Position numbers and translations under genes: made by a program. Below, piece by piece: positions 19,780 through 29,555 of a stretch of 64,000 bases of DNA. Origin of the DNA: Planctomycetota bacterium (GTDB lineage Bacteria > Planctomycetota > UBA1135 > UBA2386); contig OZ245838.1 of assembly GCA_965228735.1 (NCBI GenBank), positions 160,001-224,000 on the forward strand. Direction: 5' to 3'. The notes beneath the pieces were generated by a model, which saw only the letters and a list, made by a program, of their open reading frames with translations, did no database searches and was not told the DNA's origin. The stretch's first letter is position 1, and each line of letters begins with the position of its first letter.

Positions 19780-21951
19780 CCTGGTGTTGTCCTGCTGGTC
19801 GCCGTGTGCGCTATCGGCAAGGTGGACGCTTCTGCCCAAGCCCCGGCCCTAGGGGATCTCCCGCGCCCGGCGCGACCGTCGCCCGAGCCGTTCGCGCGCG
19901 ACGTCGTGATGCTCGTCGGCCGCGCGGTCGAGGACCTCGAGAGCCCGACGCACGACGCGCCGCGCGAGCTGCTGCAGATGCCGCTCAACTACCTCGGGAT
20001 GCGGCTCGTTCGCATCGGTGTCGAGGGTCGCGAGGAGCCACCGGCGGAGCTCGACCCGCAGCAGGTGCGCGCCGTCGGGACGTGGTTCGAGAGCGGGCAG
20101 GAGCTGCCGGCGTGGGTGTGGCCGTGGCTCGAGCGGCAGGCGGCGCGGATGCGGGTGCTGCATTTCGGCAGCCTGCAGCCGCTCGCCGGCGGCGAACGGC
20201 TGCGGCGGCACCTCGACCGCTGCGGGCTCGGCTACGACGCCGCGACGGTCAGCGATCCGTTGCGCATCGTCGTGGAGTATCCCGGCGGGCGAACGAACGT
20301 CGTGCCGTTCGAGTCCGAGCCGGTCTACGAACGGCAGCACCTCGGGCCGTGGCCGCTCGTCGCCGACGGCAACGTCGAAATGTGGCTGCTGACTCGGGAC
20401 CGCACCCGGCCGCGGGCCGTGCGGACCCCGGTCGTGTCGGGGGCCTGGGGTGGCATCGCGCTGCAACCGTGGTTCGCGCGCGGCGGCACGGGCGTCGGCG
20501 ATCGGCGGTTCTACGTCGACCCGTTCGTGTTCCTGCGCCGCGCGCTCGGCCTCGATGTCGCGCTCGCGCCGGCGCCCGACCCGAGCGTCCGGTTCGGTCG
20601 CCGACTGTTCGTGCTGCACGTCGACGGTGACGGCTTCGAGAGCGTGTCTGCGGTGCCGGGCGACGGCCCTCGCCGGCTCAACGCCGAGGTGTTCCGCGAC
20701 CGCATCATCGATCGGTTCCAGGTGCCGATGACGGTGTCGGTCATCGTCGCGAGCGTCACGGACCACTTCGAGCCGGCCGAACCGACCGCGCGTATGGAGC
20801 TGGCGCGCGAGCTGTTCGCCCGCGAGTGGGTCGAGGCGGCGAGTCACTCCGTGCTGCACCCGCTCGACTGGCGCCGGCGCATCACGCCGCGGAGTCTGCC
20901 GCGGTCCGTCGTCTGGTTCGACGAGCTGCCGGGCTTCGAGCACGACATGGTCGCGGAGGTGCGCGACTCCATCGCGTTCATCGATCGCTGGCTGCTGCCG
21001 GCCGGCAAGCGCTGTCAGGTGATGCTGTGGTCGGGCGACGCGAACCCGACCCGCGCAGCGCTCGCCGCCGCTCGCTCGGCGGGATGCCGCAACCTCAACG
21101 GCGACCTCTTCCGGTTCGATCGATGCTTCGACTCGGTCGGCTACGTGTCGCCGTGGGGCCACGCGCTCGGTGACGAGTTCCAGGTCTTCGCCGGCGCGCC
21201 GAACGAGAACGTCTACGACGGTTTCTATACGACGATGCCCGGCGCGTTCGCGCACGTCGACGAGACGTTGCGCAACACGGCGCAGGGGGGGCGCATCCTC
21301 AAGCCGGCGAACGTCTACGTGCACTTCTACTCGGCCGAGCATCCGGCCAGGCTCGCAGCGCTGGAGCGATTGCTCGAGACGTGGATCGAACGCGAGCCGA
21401 CGTTCCCGGCGCCGGCGAGCGTGTACGCCGGGGCTGTCGAGGACTGTCACCGGTCTTGCGCGATCGAGCGCATCCCGAACGGGGTGCGGGTCGCGGGCTT
21501 CGAGACGTGTCGCACGTTGCGGTTCGATCGCCGCATGCCACCGCTCGACTGGGCGCGCTGCCGGGGTGTGGTCGGCGTGCGGGAGTTCGCGGGGCGGACG
21601 TGGGTCCACCTCGGCGCCGCCACGGCGGCGGTCTGCTTCCTGCCGTCGGGCGCACTGGCGAGTGACTGGCCGCACGTCGAGTCCAGCAGCTGCGAACTCG
21701 ACGAGGTCGCACTGACCGCCCGCACGGCCGCGTTCACGGTCGCGCGTCGCTTCGTCGAGGCCGAGGTCGTCGTGGCGGGCTGGCCTTCGCGGGCGGGGGT
21801 GACCGTGCGCGTGGGCGAAAGCGGGCGTGGCGAGCACCGGCAGGCCGACGCCGATGGGCGGCTGACGCTGCCCGTGCCGGCGGGCGCGACCGTGCGCTGT
21901 CGCTGCGAGCTCGCTCCTGCCGCGCCGGGACCGGGAGGGCAGAACGGGTGA
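19759..21951 (+). CDS. pelA: PelA-like polysaccharide deacetylase lacking the N-terminal hydrolase domain
   Basis: HVDGDGF, EAASHSVLHP, WSGD, NLNG, NENVY, LKPANVYVHFYS motifs of the PelA C-terminal half; start 19759 or 19771. Confidence 0.82.
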   Translation: MKFALRHPGVVLLVAVCAIGKVDASAQAPALGDLPRPARPSPEPFARDVVMLVGRAVEDLESPTHDAPRELLQMPLNYLGMRLVRIGVEGREEPPAELDPQQVRAVGTWFESGQELPAWVWPWLERQAARMRVLHFGSLQPLAGGERLRRHLDRCGLGYDAATVSDPLRIVVEYPGGRTNVVPFESEPVYERQHLGPWPLVADGNVEMWLLTRDRTRPRAVRTPVVSGAWGGIALQPWFARGGTGVGDRRFYVDPFVFLRRALGLDVALAPAPDPSVRFGRRLFVLHVDGDGFESVSAVPGDGPRRLNAEVFRDRIIDRFQVPMTVSVIVASVTDHFEPAEPTARMELARELFAREWVEAASHSVLHPLDWRRRITPRSLPRSVVWFDELPGFEHDMVAEVRDSIAFIDRWLLPAGKRCQVMLWSGDANPTRAALAAARSAGCRNLNGDLFRFDRCFDSVGYVSPWGHALGDEFQVFAGAPNENVYDGFYTTMPGAFAHVDETLRNTAQGGRILKPANVYVHFYSAEHPARLAALERLLETWIEREPTFPAPASVYAGAVEDCHRSCAIERIPNGVRVAGFETCRTLRFDRRMPPLDWARCRGVVGVREFAGRTWVHLGAATAAVCFLPSGALASDWPHVESSSCELDEVALTARTAAFTVARRFVEAEVVVAGWPSRAGVTVRVGESGRGEHRQADADGRLTLPVPAGATVRCRCELAPAAPGPGGQNG

Positions 21952-24900
21952 GCGTTCGCGGACCAAGGCTCGCCGTCTTCGTGGCGGCGGTCAGCGCCGG
22001 GCTCGTCTCGGTCATGGGGCTCGCCGCAGTCGGAGCGGACGAGGGCTTCACCGTCGAGCCGACGACGGGTCGCGTGCAGGTCGAACCGTGGCGGCGCGCC
22101 GTCGAGCTGCGCGACGTGTCCGATCTCGGCGCGCTGCGGGCCGAGGTGCAGCAGTTCGCGAGCGAGTTCGGTACCGCGTCCGCGACGACGATCGCGCGTC
22201 TCGGTCAGATGGTCGAACGCGAGCTCGGTGCGCCGCGGTTCCGGGACGACGTCGGTTCGGACCCGACGCGGCTCGCTCCCGTCGAGGCGTTCTTCGGCCC
22301 GACCGCGGGGCCGACGAGCCCGGGGCTCGACGCCCGCGCGGCGTTCTGGGCTGCCGAACTGCGGCGCGGATCGACCGTCGACGCCGAACGGCTCGTGACG
22401 TTGGCCGACGAGTTCGAGGCTGCGGGGCGACCGGTCGCCGCGGTGCGGTGGCTGCAGCGCGCGACGACCCGGGCGCCGGCGCACCGCGACGCGGCGATGG
22501 CCCTGGCAAGGCTGCACATCGCGCACGGCGATCTCGAGGGCGCGCTGCACGTCGTCGATCGGCATGTCGGGGATCGAGCGAACGATCTCGAGTGGCAGCG
22601 CACGCGGGCCCGTCTCGGCGCCTGGCTCGGCCGGGCCGCGCTCGAAGCGGACGCACTCGAGCACGTGGTGGCGCTCGCGCCCGAGCCGGCAGGTCGGGCA
22701 CGGTTGATCGAGCTCTATGCCCATCTCGGCACGCCCGAGCGCGGCCTGCCCCACGCGGTGGCCATCGCCGACGGCGCGGATGCGGCGGCGACGTCCGAGG
22801 CCGCGGCGCGCGCGGCGTTGCAAGCCGGATTCGTGGCGGAAGGGCTCGGGATGCTCGAACGCGCGGCGGCACGGTCGCCGGCGCGCGGCACGTGGCTGCG
22901 GCGCTTTGCTGTGTTCGCCGGGCAGGATCTGCGGCTCGACGCCGCCGGTGACGCGCTCGCGGCAGCGGCGCAGGCGACGCCCGGCTCGGCGGAGATCGCG
23001 GCGGCGTTGGTCGAGCACTACCGCCGAACCGACCAGCCCCGGCGCCTCGTCGAGGTGCTCGAGCGGGAGCTCTTGCGCCGACCCGGTGACCCGCGACTCT
23101 GGCACGAGGTCATCACGCTGCGCGCGGCGCTCGGCGACCACGACGCCGCGACGGCGCTCGGTCGCGAGCGCGACATCGCGTTGGCCGATCCGGAAGCCTT
23201 CCTCGCCGCGGTTCCGGCGGAGCGCCGCGCTGCTGCGGGGGCCGTGCGCGCCGAAGCCCTGCAGCTGGCGCTCGCCGGCCCGACGGACGGCGCGATCGTC
23301 GGCGCGACGCTGGATCGCCTGCGCGGGTTCTTCGCGCAGCGCGAGTTCCGGGAGCTCGCGGAACTGCTGCTCGCCCGTCATCCCGAGGATCCGCGCGCCA
23401 AGCCGATGCGGCGTGAGCTCGTCGACTACGGCCGCACGCCGCGCGCAGCGCTCACTGCCGCGGCCGCGCTGTCGGCGACCTACCCGGACGACCTCGAGCT
23501 CGCGGAGCTGTGGCTCGAACGTGCCCAGTGGGCCAATGACGTGCCGGGCCAGATCGCGGCGCGGATGCGCGTTCGGGAACTCGCGCCGACCGACTTCGAC
23601 AACCGCTACGCGCTCGCGGACCTGCTCGAGTACGGCGACGAGCCCGACCGGGCGCTCACGGAGTGGTGCGCGCTCGTCGAGGAGTGCGGTCTCGGATCAC
23701 CGGCGGCGCCGCGCGTCGTCGACGCCTTGTTCCAGACGGGGCGCGAGGCGGAGGCGCTCGAGTGGTTGCGTCGGCTCGCCGAACGGCCGGACGCGACGAT
23801 CGACGATCGACTGCGCGCCGCGGATCAGCTGTTCTGGCGGCGGAGCTACGACCGCGCGCAGGCGCTCTACGCGGCCGTTCTGCGGCACTCCCCCGAACAC
23901 CCGGCCGCGTTGCTGCGGCTCGGTCAGATCGCGATCTGGACGAACGACCCGCGCCGTGCCCGGGCGTTCCTGCAACGGCGTCTCGCGGCGACCGCGGACG
24001 ATGCGGGGCTCGTCCGGTTCTACCTCGGGGAGGCGTGCTGGACGCTCGGCGAGGCGGGGGCGGCCCGAGCGCTGCACCGGGCGGCGCTCGCCGAGTTCGA
24101 GGCGTTGGCCGAGCCCGACATCGTGACGCGCGGCTGCATCGCGACGATGCTCGCCCGCCTCGGTGATCTGGCGGGGGCGACGGCGGCCTATCGCGATCTC
24201 GTTGCGCGCAGTCCGCGGGACGCCGACCTCGTCCTCGACTACGCCGACCTCGCGCTCCGGAGCGGTGACCTCGGGCTCGCGGGCGCGCTCGGGGAGCAGG
24301 CGGCGGCCCTCGAGCCGGGCCATCCGCGGCTCATGCGCCTGCTCGGCACGATCGCGGCAGAGCGCGGCGATCTCCTGGCGGCGGACCGCTACTACGACGA
24401 AGTGCTCGCACGGGAAGGGCCGGACGCCGCGCTGCTCGGCGAGCAGACCGAGATGCGTTCGGCCCGCGGCGAGTGGCGCCGCGCGCTCGAGTCGGCGACG
24501 GCCTGGCGCCGCGTGCAGCCCGACAGCGTCGCCGCCGTGCGAACCGAGACCGAGCTGCGCGAGCGGCTCGCGGACGTCGCGATCGGCGAGGTCGAGCACC
24601 GCCGGCTCGGCGACGACCGCGGCACGACCGTCGCGTTCGGTGGCCGCATCGCTCTCGCGGAGCGCGAGTGGTTGCAGGGGCGGGTCGGCTACGTCGAGCG
24701 GCGCGGCGTGACGAGCCTCGGCAGCGGTCGCGCCGAGTCCGAGTATGCGCGCCTCGAACTGGGTTGGGGCCGGCGCTTCGCGAACGACGATCGCTTCGTC
24801 GTCGGGCTCACGGCGTCCCCGGGGGTCGAGGGCGACGTGCCGATCGGATTGTTCGCGGCGCTCGACCTGCGGTTCGACGGGCCGCTCGAATTGCTGCGCG

Positions 24901-25556
24901 TGCGGGCGCGGTTGCACGACGTGTGGGACGAGCCGATGGCTGCGCCAGCGCTCGGCGGTCGCCGCAGCAGCATCGACGTCGCGGGCTACACGGAACTCGG
25001 GCGCAGTCTGTGGACCGCGTTCGAAGCCGGGCTCGATCGCTTGTCGATCGAGCCCGACGGTGCGGCGGACCGGTCCGACCCGCGCTGGCGCGGCGAGGTC
25101 GCGCTCGGCTACCGGCTCGTCGACGGCGACGTCGCCGCGGCCGCGCGCTTCTCTCCGCTCGGTGCGACCGCCGGACCGGACAGCCCGTTCCTGCTCGCGG
25201 AGCCGGCCGCGACGCGGTCGTGGCTCGTCAACACGTGGCTGAGCTGGCGGGCCGCGCACCTGATGGGCGATGCCGAGCTCGCCACGGTGTTGCCCGTGCT
25301 GCCCGAGGACGAGTTCGTCACGGGCGCCGTGCGCGTCGATCGGCACGTCGCGCGTGGGCACGGACTGTCGGTGACCGGGTTCGTGGGCGCGGACACCAAC
25401 GCCGGCGACTCGGTCTGGGGCATCGAGACCATGTGGACCTGGCGGCCGTCGTTCCATACGGAGGTCGCGCTGCGCGGTCGCTTCGGTGAGTCGCTCGGTC
25501 GTGCGGGCGACGGTGAGGAGCGGATGCTCGGGCTGCAGGTGGTGACGCGATGGTGA
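21948..25556 (+). CDS. pelB: PelB-like TPR scaffold plus C-terminal outer-membrane beta-barrel
   Basis: Signal peptide, many TPR-like helices, amphipathic beta strands ending in Trp; position in the pel operon. Confidence 0.7.
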   Translation: MSVRGPRLAVFVAAVSAGLVSVMGLAAVGADEGFTVEPTTGRVQVEPWRRAVELRDVSDLGALRAEVQQFASEFGTASATTIARLGQMVERELGAPRFRDDVGSDPTRLAPVEAFFGPTAGPTSPGLDARAAFWAAELRRGSTVDAERLVTLADEFEAAGRPVAAVRWLQRATTRAPAHRDAAMALARLHIAHGDLEGALHVVDRHVGDRANDLEWQRTRARLGAWLGRAALEADALEHVVALAPEPAGRARLIELYAHLGTPERGLPHAVAIADGADAAATSEAAARAALQAGFVAEGLGMLERAAARSPARGTWLRRFAVFAGQDLRLDAAGDALAAAAQATPGSAEIAAALVEHYRRTDQPRRLVEVLERELLRRPGDPRLWHEVITLRAALGDHDAATALGRERDIALADPEAFLAAVPAERRAAAGAVRAEALQLALAGPTDGAIVGATLDRLRGFFAQREFRELAELLLARHPEDPRAKPMRRELVDYGRTPRAALTAAAALSATYPDDLELAELWLERAQWANDVPGQIAARMRVRELAPTDFDNRYALADLLEYGDEPDRALTEWCALVEECGLGSPAAPRVVDALFQTGREAEALEWLRRLAERPDATIDDRLRAADQLFWRRSYDRAQALYAAVLRHSPEHPAALLRLGQIAIWTNDPRRARAFLQRRLAATADDAGLVRFYLGEACWTLGEAGAARALHRAALAEFEALAEPDIVTRGCIATMLARLGDLAGATAAYRDLVARSPRDADLVLDYADLALRSGDLGLAGALGEQAAALEPGHPRLMRLLGTIAAERGDLLAADRYYDEVLAREGPDAALLGEQTEMRSARGEWRRALESATAWRRVQPDSVAAVRTETELRERLADVAIGEVEHRRLGDDRGTTVAFGGRIALAEREWLQGRVGYVERRGVTSLGSGRAESEYARLELGWGRRFANDDRFVVGLTASPGVEGDVPIGLFAALDLRFDGPLELLRVRARLHDVWDEPMAAPALGGRRSSIDVAGYTELGRSLWTAFEAGLDRLSIEPDGAADRSDPRWRGEVALGYRLVDGDVAAAARFSPLGATAGPDSPFLLAEPAATRSWLVNTWLSWRAAHLMGDAELATVLPVLPEDEFVTGAVRVDRHVARGHGLSVTGFVGADTNAGDSVWGIETMWTWRPSFHTEVALRGRFGESLGRAGDGEERMLGLQVVTRW

Positions 25557-28500
25557 CCGCCCCGAGCGATCGCATCGGCGGCCACGTCGAGGCCGCGACG
25601 GCCGTCGCGGTGGTGCTGTTGGCCGGGCTCCTCACCGGGGACTGGGCCGGGGTCGTCACCCTGTCGCCGAGCCCGCTCGTGCTCGCGGTGCTCTGGGCCG
25701 CGTTCCGCCGCGGCCTGGGCGCGACGCTGTCGAGCATCGTGCTCGCGGGGATGCTCTATGCCCTCGCAGTGCTCGTGGACGGTCACAACGATCCGGGCGT
25801 GCTCACGCAGACGACGGTCGGTTGGCCGGTCTTCCTGCTCGCGACCGTCGGCTACGTGGCGGCGCAGGCGCGCGACCTGCTGCGGGTGCGGATCGACCGC
25901 CTCGAGGCGCGGCGAACGCAGCTGCAGGACGACGCGGCTGCGCGGGCGGAGGAGTTCGACGCTCTGGAGCGCATGAACGGCGACCTCCAGCGGCGGGTGT
26001 TCGACCGCACGTTCGACCTCGAGGGGCTCGTCGCGAGCGCCGTAGCCACGGACGACGCACCGATGGCAGTGCTCGACCAGGCGGCCGAGATGCTCGTCGA
26101 GCACTGCGGTGCCGAGAAGGCCTCGGTCCTGCTCGTCACGGCCGACGGCACGCTCGACCTCGCGGCGCATCGCGGCTGGCCGCGCGACGAGGTCGTGCCT
26201 CGCCTCGCGACGTGCAATCAGAGCGCGCGCGTCCTCACCGCGATCGCGGACGGGACTCCCGCACTCACGTTCGCCGACATCGATGGGGCGGCGTTCGAGC
26301 CGGTGCTCGTCGCGCCGGTGCCTGACGCGTCCGGAGCCATCCACGCAGTGCTGTGCCTCGATCAACTGCCGCCGGCCCGCTACGGCGCCGAGACGGTGCG
26401 CACGTTCCGCGGCGTCGCGGCGTGGTTGCTCGCGCTGCTCGAACGGCACTCGCTGCGCGACCCCGTCGGGTCGGGCCGCGCCCAGCTGCAGGTCGCGCTC
26501 GAACGCACGAAGCGGATCGGGAGCAAGTCGGAACTCGCGGACCGGGTGCGGCTCGAGGACGCGCGACAGCAGCGCTACGGCGTCCCGTCGGCGCTGATCT
26601 CGATCCGGTTGCTCGATCTGCGTGTCATGCTGGCGGGCGAGGCCACGGGCCTCGAGACCCGGCTGCTGCACGTGCTCACGACGACGTGCCGGCGCACGGA
26701 CGACGTCTTCCGCTTCGGCTTCGCCGGCTGCTACGCGCTCGTCGTGACCGGCACGCGTGGCGGCAGCGTCGCGGACATCGTCACGCGCCTGCGCGACCGG
26801 TTCGCCGCGTTCGAGGGCAAGGACTTCGGCCCGGTCGACGTGCAGCTCGTCGAGGCCACGCCCGAGTCGCCGACCGTGCGGGCGCAGCTCGAACTGGCGG
26901 CCGAGCGCTTTCGCGAGAGCTCGCCGATGCCGCTCGCCCCGGGTTGTCCGGTGAAGACCACGCGCCTGCCGCCCATCGGCGATGCGGCGGCGCTCGGCTG
27001 GCGACTGCGGCTCGAGGCCGCGCTCGCCGAACGGCTCGAATCCGAGCTCTACCTCATCGACTTCCGGCGCGAAGGTCCGGGGCTCGGCGTGGGGCCGATG
27101 ATCGCGCGCCACCTCGCGCTCGGCTTCGGGGCCCGGCTGCGGCAGACGGACGGCATCTTCGTGCTGAACGCCGGCCGCTGCGTCGTCGTTCTGCCACACA
27201 CGGGTTGCCTCGATGCGGCGATCGTGTGGTCCCGGCTCGACGAGGCGCTGCGGTCGACGCTCCCGGCGGAGCAATACGCGGGCGTGCAGTGCGACTTCCT
27301 CGCGGTCGACCCGACCGCGATCGGGACGACGCTCGATCACCTCGCGGGGCAGGGCAAGGTCGCGGTATCCGGCGATGCGCCACCGACCGGTCTGCTGACG
27401 GACAGCGAGCTGCAGCAGCTCGCGCTCGAGTTCGGCGGTGGCGGCGGGGAAGGTTTCGGCGACCTCGAACGGGAGATCGAGATCGCCGCGACCAGCGGTG
27501 CGGATGTCGTGCTGCCGTCGGCGACCGAGATCGAGGAACGCTGGGACGAGGTGTTCGCCGACAACGGCGCGCCCTCTGCTCCCGAGAACGCGCCCGAGGG
27601 CGCGCCGGCGCCGCGCCGCATCGTTCGGGACGACGTCGTACCGCCGCGACTGCCGGATGGTGAGGCGTTGTGCCAACGTTGGGACGAGGTCTTCCACGAG
27701 GTCGACGAAGGGGCGCCCGCGCCCGTCGAGCCTGGCGCTGGACTCGCCGCCGCGTCGACGGCGGAGCACGCCGAGCAGGAATCACAACTGGAGGATGAAG
27801 TGAGAGACGATGATCCGATCACGACGGCCAAGAACGAGCCCGGTGCGGCCGATCCGGTGCCCGTTGCGGGCCGCGAGCCGATGACCTGGCGCGCGGCGTT
27901 CGATGCCCTGGTCGCGGAGTTCGCCGCGAGCGGCGAACGGTTCACGAGTTCCGATCTGCGGACGGCCGCCGCCGCGCGCGGCATCGGGGAGCCGCCGCAG
28001 GCGAGCGACTGGGCGACGGCGATCAACGCGGCGCGCCGGGCCGGGTTGATCCGGCGGGCCGGCCGTCGCGTGCCGTCGACGACGGCCGGGCGGCACGGCG
28101 CGAAGGTCGCGCAGTGGATCGGCTGCGAGCCGGTCGCCGCGGCCGCAACGGATCAGGCTCCCGAGTTGCTGACAGTGCCGCGGCAACCCGTGCTCAGCGA
28201 GGCGCTCTGTGCGGTCGAGTCCGTGCTGAGTGACGAACTGCCCGCGGCGCTCGACGACCCCGCCGCACTCGACGACACGGTGCAGCAGCTCCGCGCGGAC
28301 CTCGACGCGTTGCGCGCCGAGGTCGGGCAGCGGGAGGCGCAGCGGCTTCCGGCGCGCGAGCCGGTCGAAGGCGGTCGGGAGCTGCAGGAGGTGCAACGCC
28401 AGCTGCAGGACCTGCGCGACCTGATCCGGGGTTCCGGCAACGTTCCGGCTGCAGGGCCTGGACGATCGAGCGCACCATCGGATCCGGGCACGGACCCGAC

Positions 28501-28582
28501 GACGCTGGGCCTGCTCGAACGTCAGATCGAGGGCCTGTTCGCGCTTTGTCGGCGCGCGGCCGACAGCACTGCGAACGACTGA
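25550..28582 (+). CDS. pelD: Extended PelD-like c-di-GMP receptor (TM helices, GAF, two degenerate GGDEF-like domains, extra C-terminal domains)
   Basis: N-terminal TM helices, coiled coil, GAF-like region, RRTD (26690-26701) and RQTD (27140-27151) I-site motifs, no GGDEF; operon position. Confidence 0.7.
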   Translation: MVTAPSDRIGGHVEAATAVAVVLLAGLLTGDWAGVVTLSPSPLVLAVLWAAFRRGLGATLSSIVLAGMLYALAVLVDGHNDPGVLTQTTVGWPVFLLATVGYVAAQARDLLRVRIDRLEARRTQLQDDAAARAEEFDALERMNGDLQRRVFDRTFDLEGLVASAVATDDAPMAVLDQAAEMLVEHCGAEKASVLLVTADGTLDLAAHRGWPRDEVVPRLATCNQSARVLTAIADGTPALTFADIDGAAFEPVLVAPVPDASGAIHAVLCLDQLPPARYGAETVRTFRGVAAWLLALLERHSLRDPVGSGRAQLQVALERTKRIGSKSELADRVRLEDARQQRYGVPSALISIRLLDLRVMLAGEATGLETRLLHVLTTTCRRTDDVFRFGFAGCYALVVTGTRGGSVADIVTRLRDRFAAFEGKDFGPVDVQLVEATPESPTVRAQLELAAERFRESSPMPLAPGCPVKTTRLPPIGDAAALGWRLRLEAALAERLESELYLIDFRREGPGLGVGPMIARHLALGFGARLRQTDGIFVLNAGRCVVVLPHTGCLDAAIVWSRLDEALRSTLPAEQYAGVQCDFLAVDPTAIGTTLDHLAGQGKVAVSGDAPPTGLLTDSELQQLALEFGGGGGEGFGDLEREIEIAATSGADVVLPSATEIEERWDEVFADNGAPSAPENAPEGAPAPRRIVRDDVVPPRLPDGEALCQRWDEVFHEVDEGAPAPVEPGAGLAAASTAEHAEQESQLEDEVRDDDPITTAKNEPGAADPVPVAGREPMTWRAAFDALVAEFAASGERFTSSDLRTAAAARGIGEPPQASDWATAINAARRAGLIRRAGRRVPSTTAGRHGAKVAQWIGCEPVAAAATDQAPELLTVPRQPVLSEALCAVESVLSDELPAALDDPAALDDTVQQLRADLDALRAEVGQREAQRLPAREPVEGGRELQEVQRQLQDLRDLIRGSGNVPAAGPGRSSAPSDPGTDPTTLGLLERQIEGLFALCRRAADSTAND

Positions 28583-28583
28583 G

Positions 28584-29555
28584 ATGACGCGCGCCGACCC
28601 GCACTTCCTGCTCCGCGTGCTCGCGGCCGCCGTTGCGGTCGTGGCATCGGTGGGTGCCACCGGTGCGTTCGTGCTGGGGGATGGCACGGGGCAGCTCGGC
28701 ATCGGCGTGCTGCTGCACGTCGTCGCGGTGGTGCTGTCGTTCCTCGCCGCGGGCGGGCAGGCGCGGGACGAACGCTGGCTGCTCGCCGCGTTGACGGCGA
28801 CGTTGCCCGTCGGCGGCGCGCTCGCGGTGTGGTGGCGCTGCGTCTGGTGGCCGGCCCGGGCGTCGACGAACGCCCACGCCGCGGCCGAGGTCGAGCGGGA
28901 GCCGGCGCCCGGGGCCGAGCGTCGGGCGCCGCCGCGCTGCCGCGAGCCCGGTGTCGAGAGCGCCGTGAGCGTCGTGCGGACCGGCGACCGTTCTCGCCGG
29001 CGGGCGTTGCTCCGGCGGCTGGCCGATCTCGGGGAGCCGGAACGGATCGCGTTGTTGCGCACGTTCCTCGCGGCCGGCGATCCGGAGCTGCGCCTCTGTG
29101 CGCACGCCGAACTCTCGCGGCTCGGGCGCGACCGCGAGCACCGCATCGCGGACCTCGAGGCGGCGGTGGCGGCGGCGCCGGATGACGTGACGGTCTGGCT
29201 CGAGCTCGCGGCGGCGCAGCTCGCCTACGCGGCGAGCGGTTTGCTCGACCCGGCCATGGCGGAGTTCTGGATCGAACGCGCCGAACGCAGCGGCCGGCGC
29301 GCGGTCGCGGCGGACAGCGACGACGCGGCCGCCCGCCGCCGGCTGGCGGAGGTCCTGACCGTGCGCGGTCGACTCGACGAGGCGTCGCGTTGCCTCGCCG
29401 GCGACTCGGATGCCGACCTCGAGGCGGCGGCCGAGATCGCGTTCCGGCGCCGGCGCGTTGCGGAATGCAGGGCCGCTCGCGAACAGCTGCGCGCCCGCGA
29501 CGCCGAGGTGCCCGCCTGGCTCGACCACGCGGTGGCGGGAGGGGACCGCTCGTGA
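28584..29555 (+). CDS. pelE: PelE-like membrane protein with HEAT/TPR region
   Basis: N-terminal TM helices, DPELRLCAHAELSRL, YAASGLLD motif; lies between pelD and pelF. Confidence 0.7.
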   Translation: MTRADPHFLLRVLAAAVAVVASVGATGAFVLGDGTGQLGIGVLLHVVAVVLSFLAAGGQARDERWLLAALTATLPVGGALAVWWRCVWWPARASTNAHAAAEVEREPAPGAERRAPPRCREPGVESAVSVVRTGDRSRRRALLRRLADLGEPERIALLRTFLAAGDPELRLCAHAELSRLGRDREHRIADLEAAVAAAPDDVTVWLELAAAQLAYAASGLLDPAMAEFWIERAERSGRRAVAADSDDAAARRRLAEVLTVRGRLDEASRCLAGDSDADLEAAAEIAFRRRRVAECRAAREQLRARDAEVPAWLDHAVAGGDRS

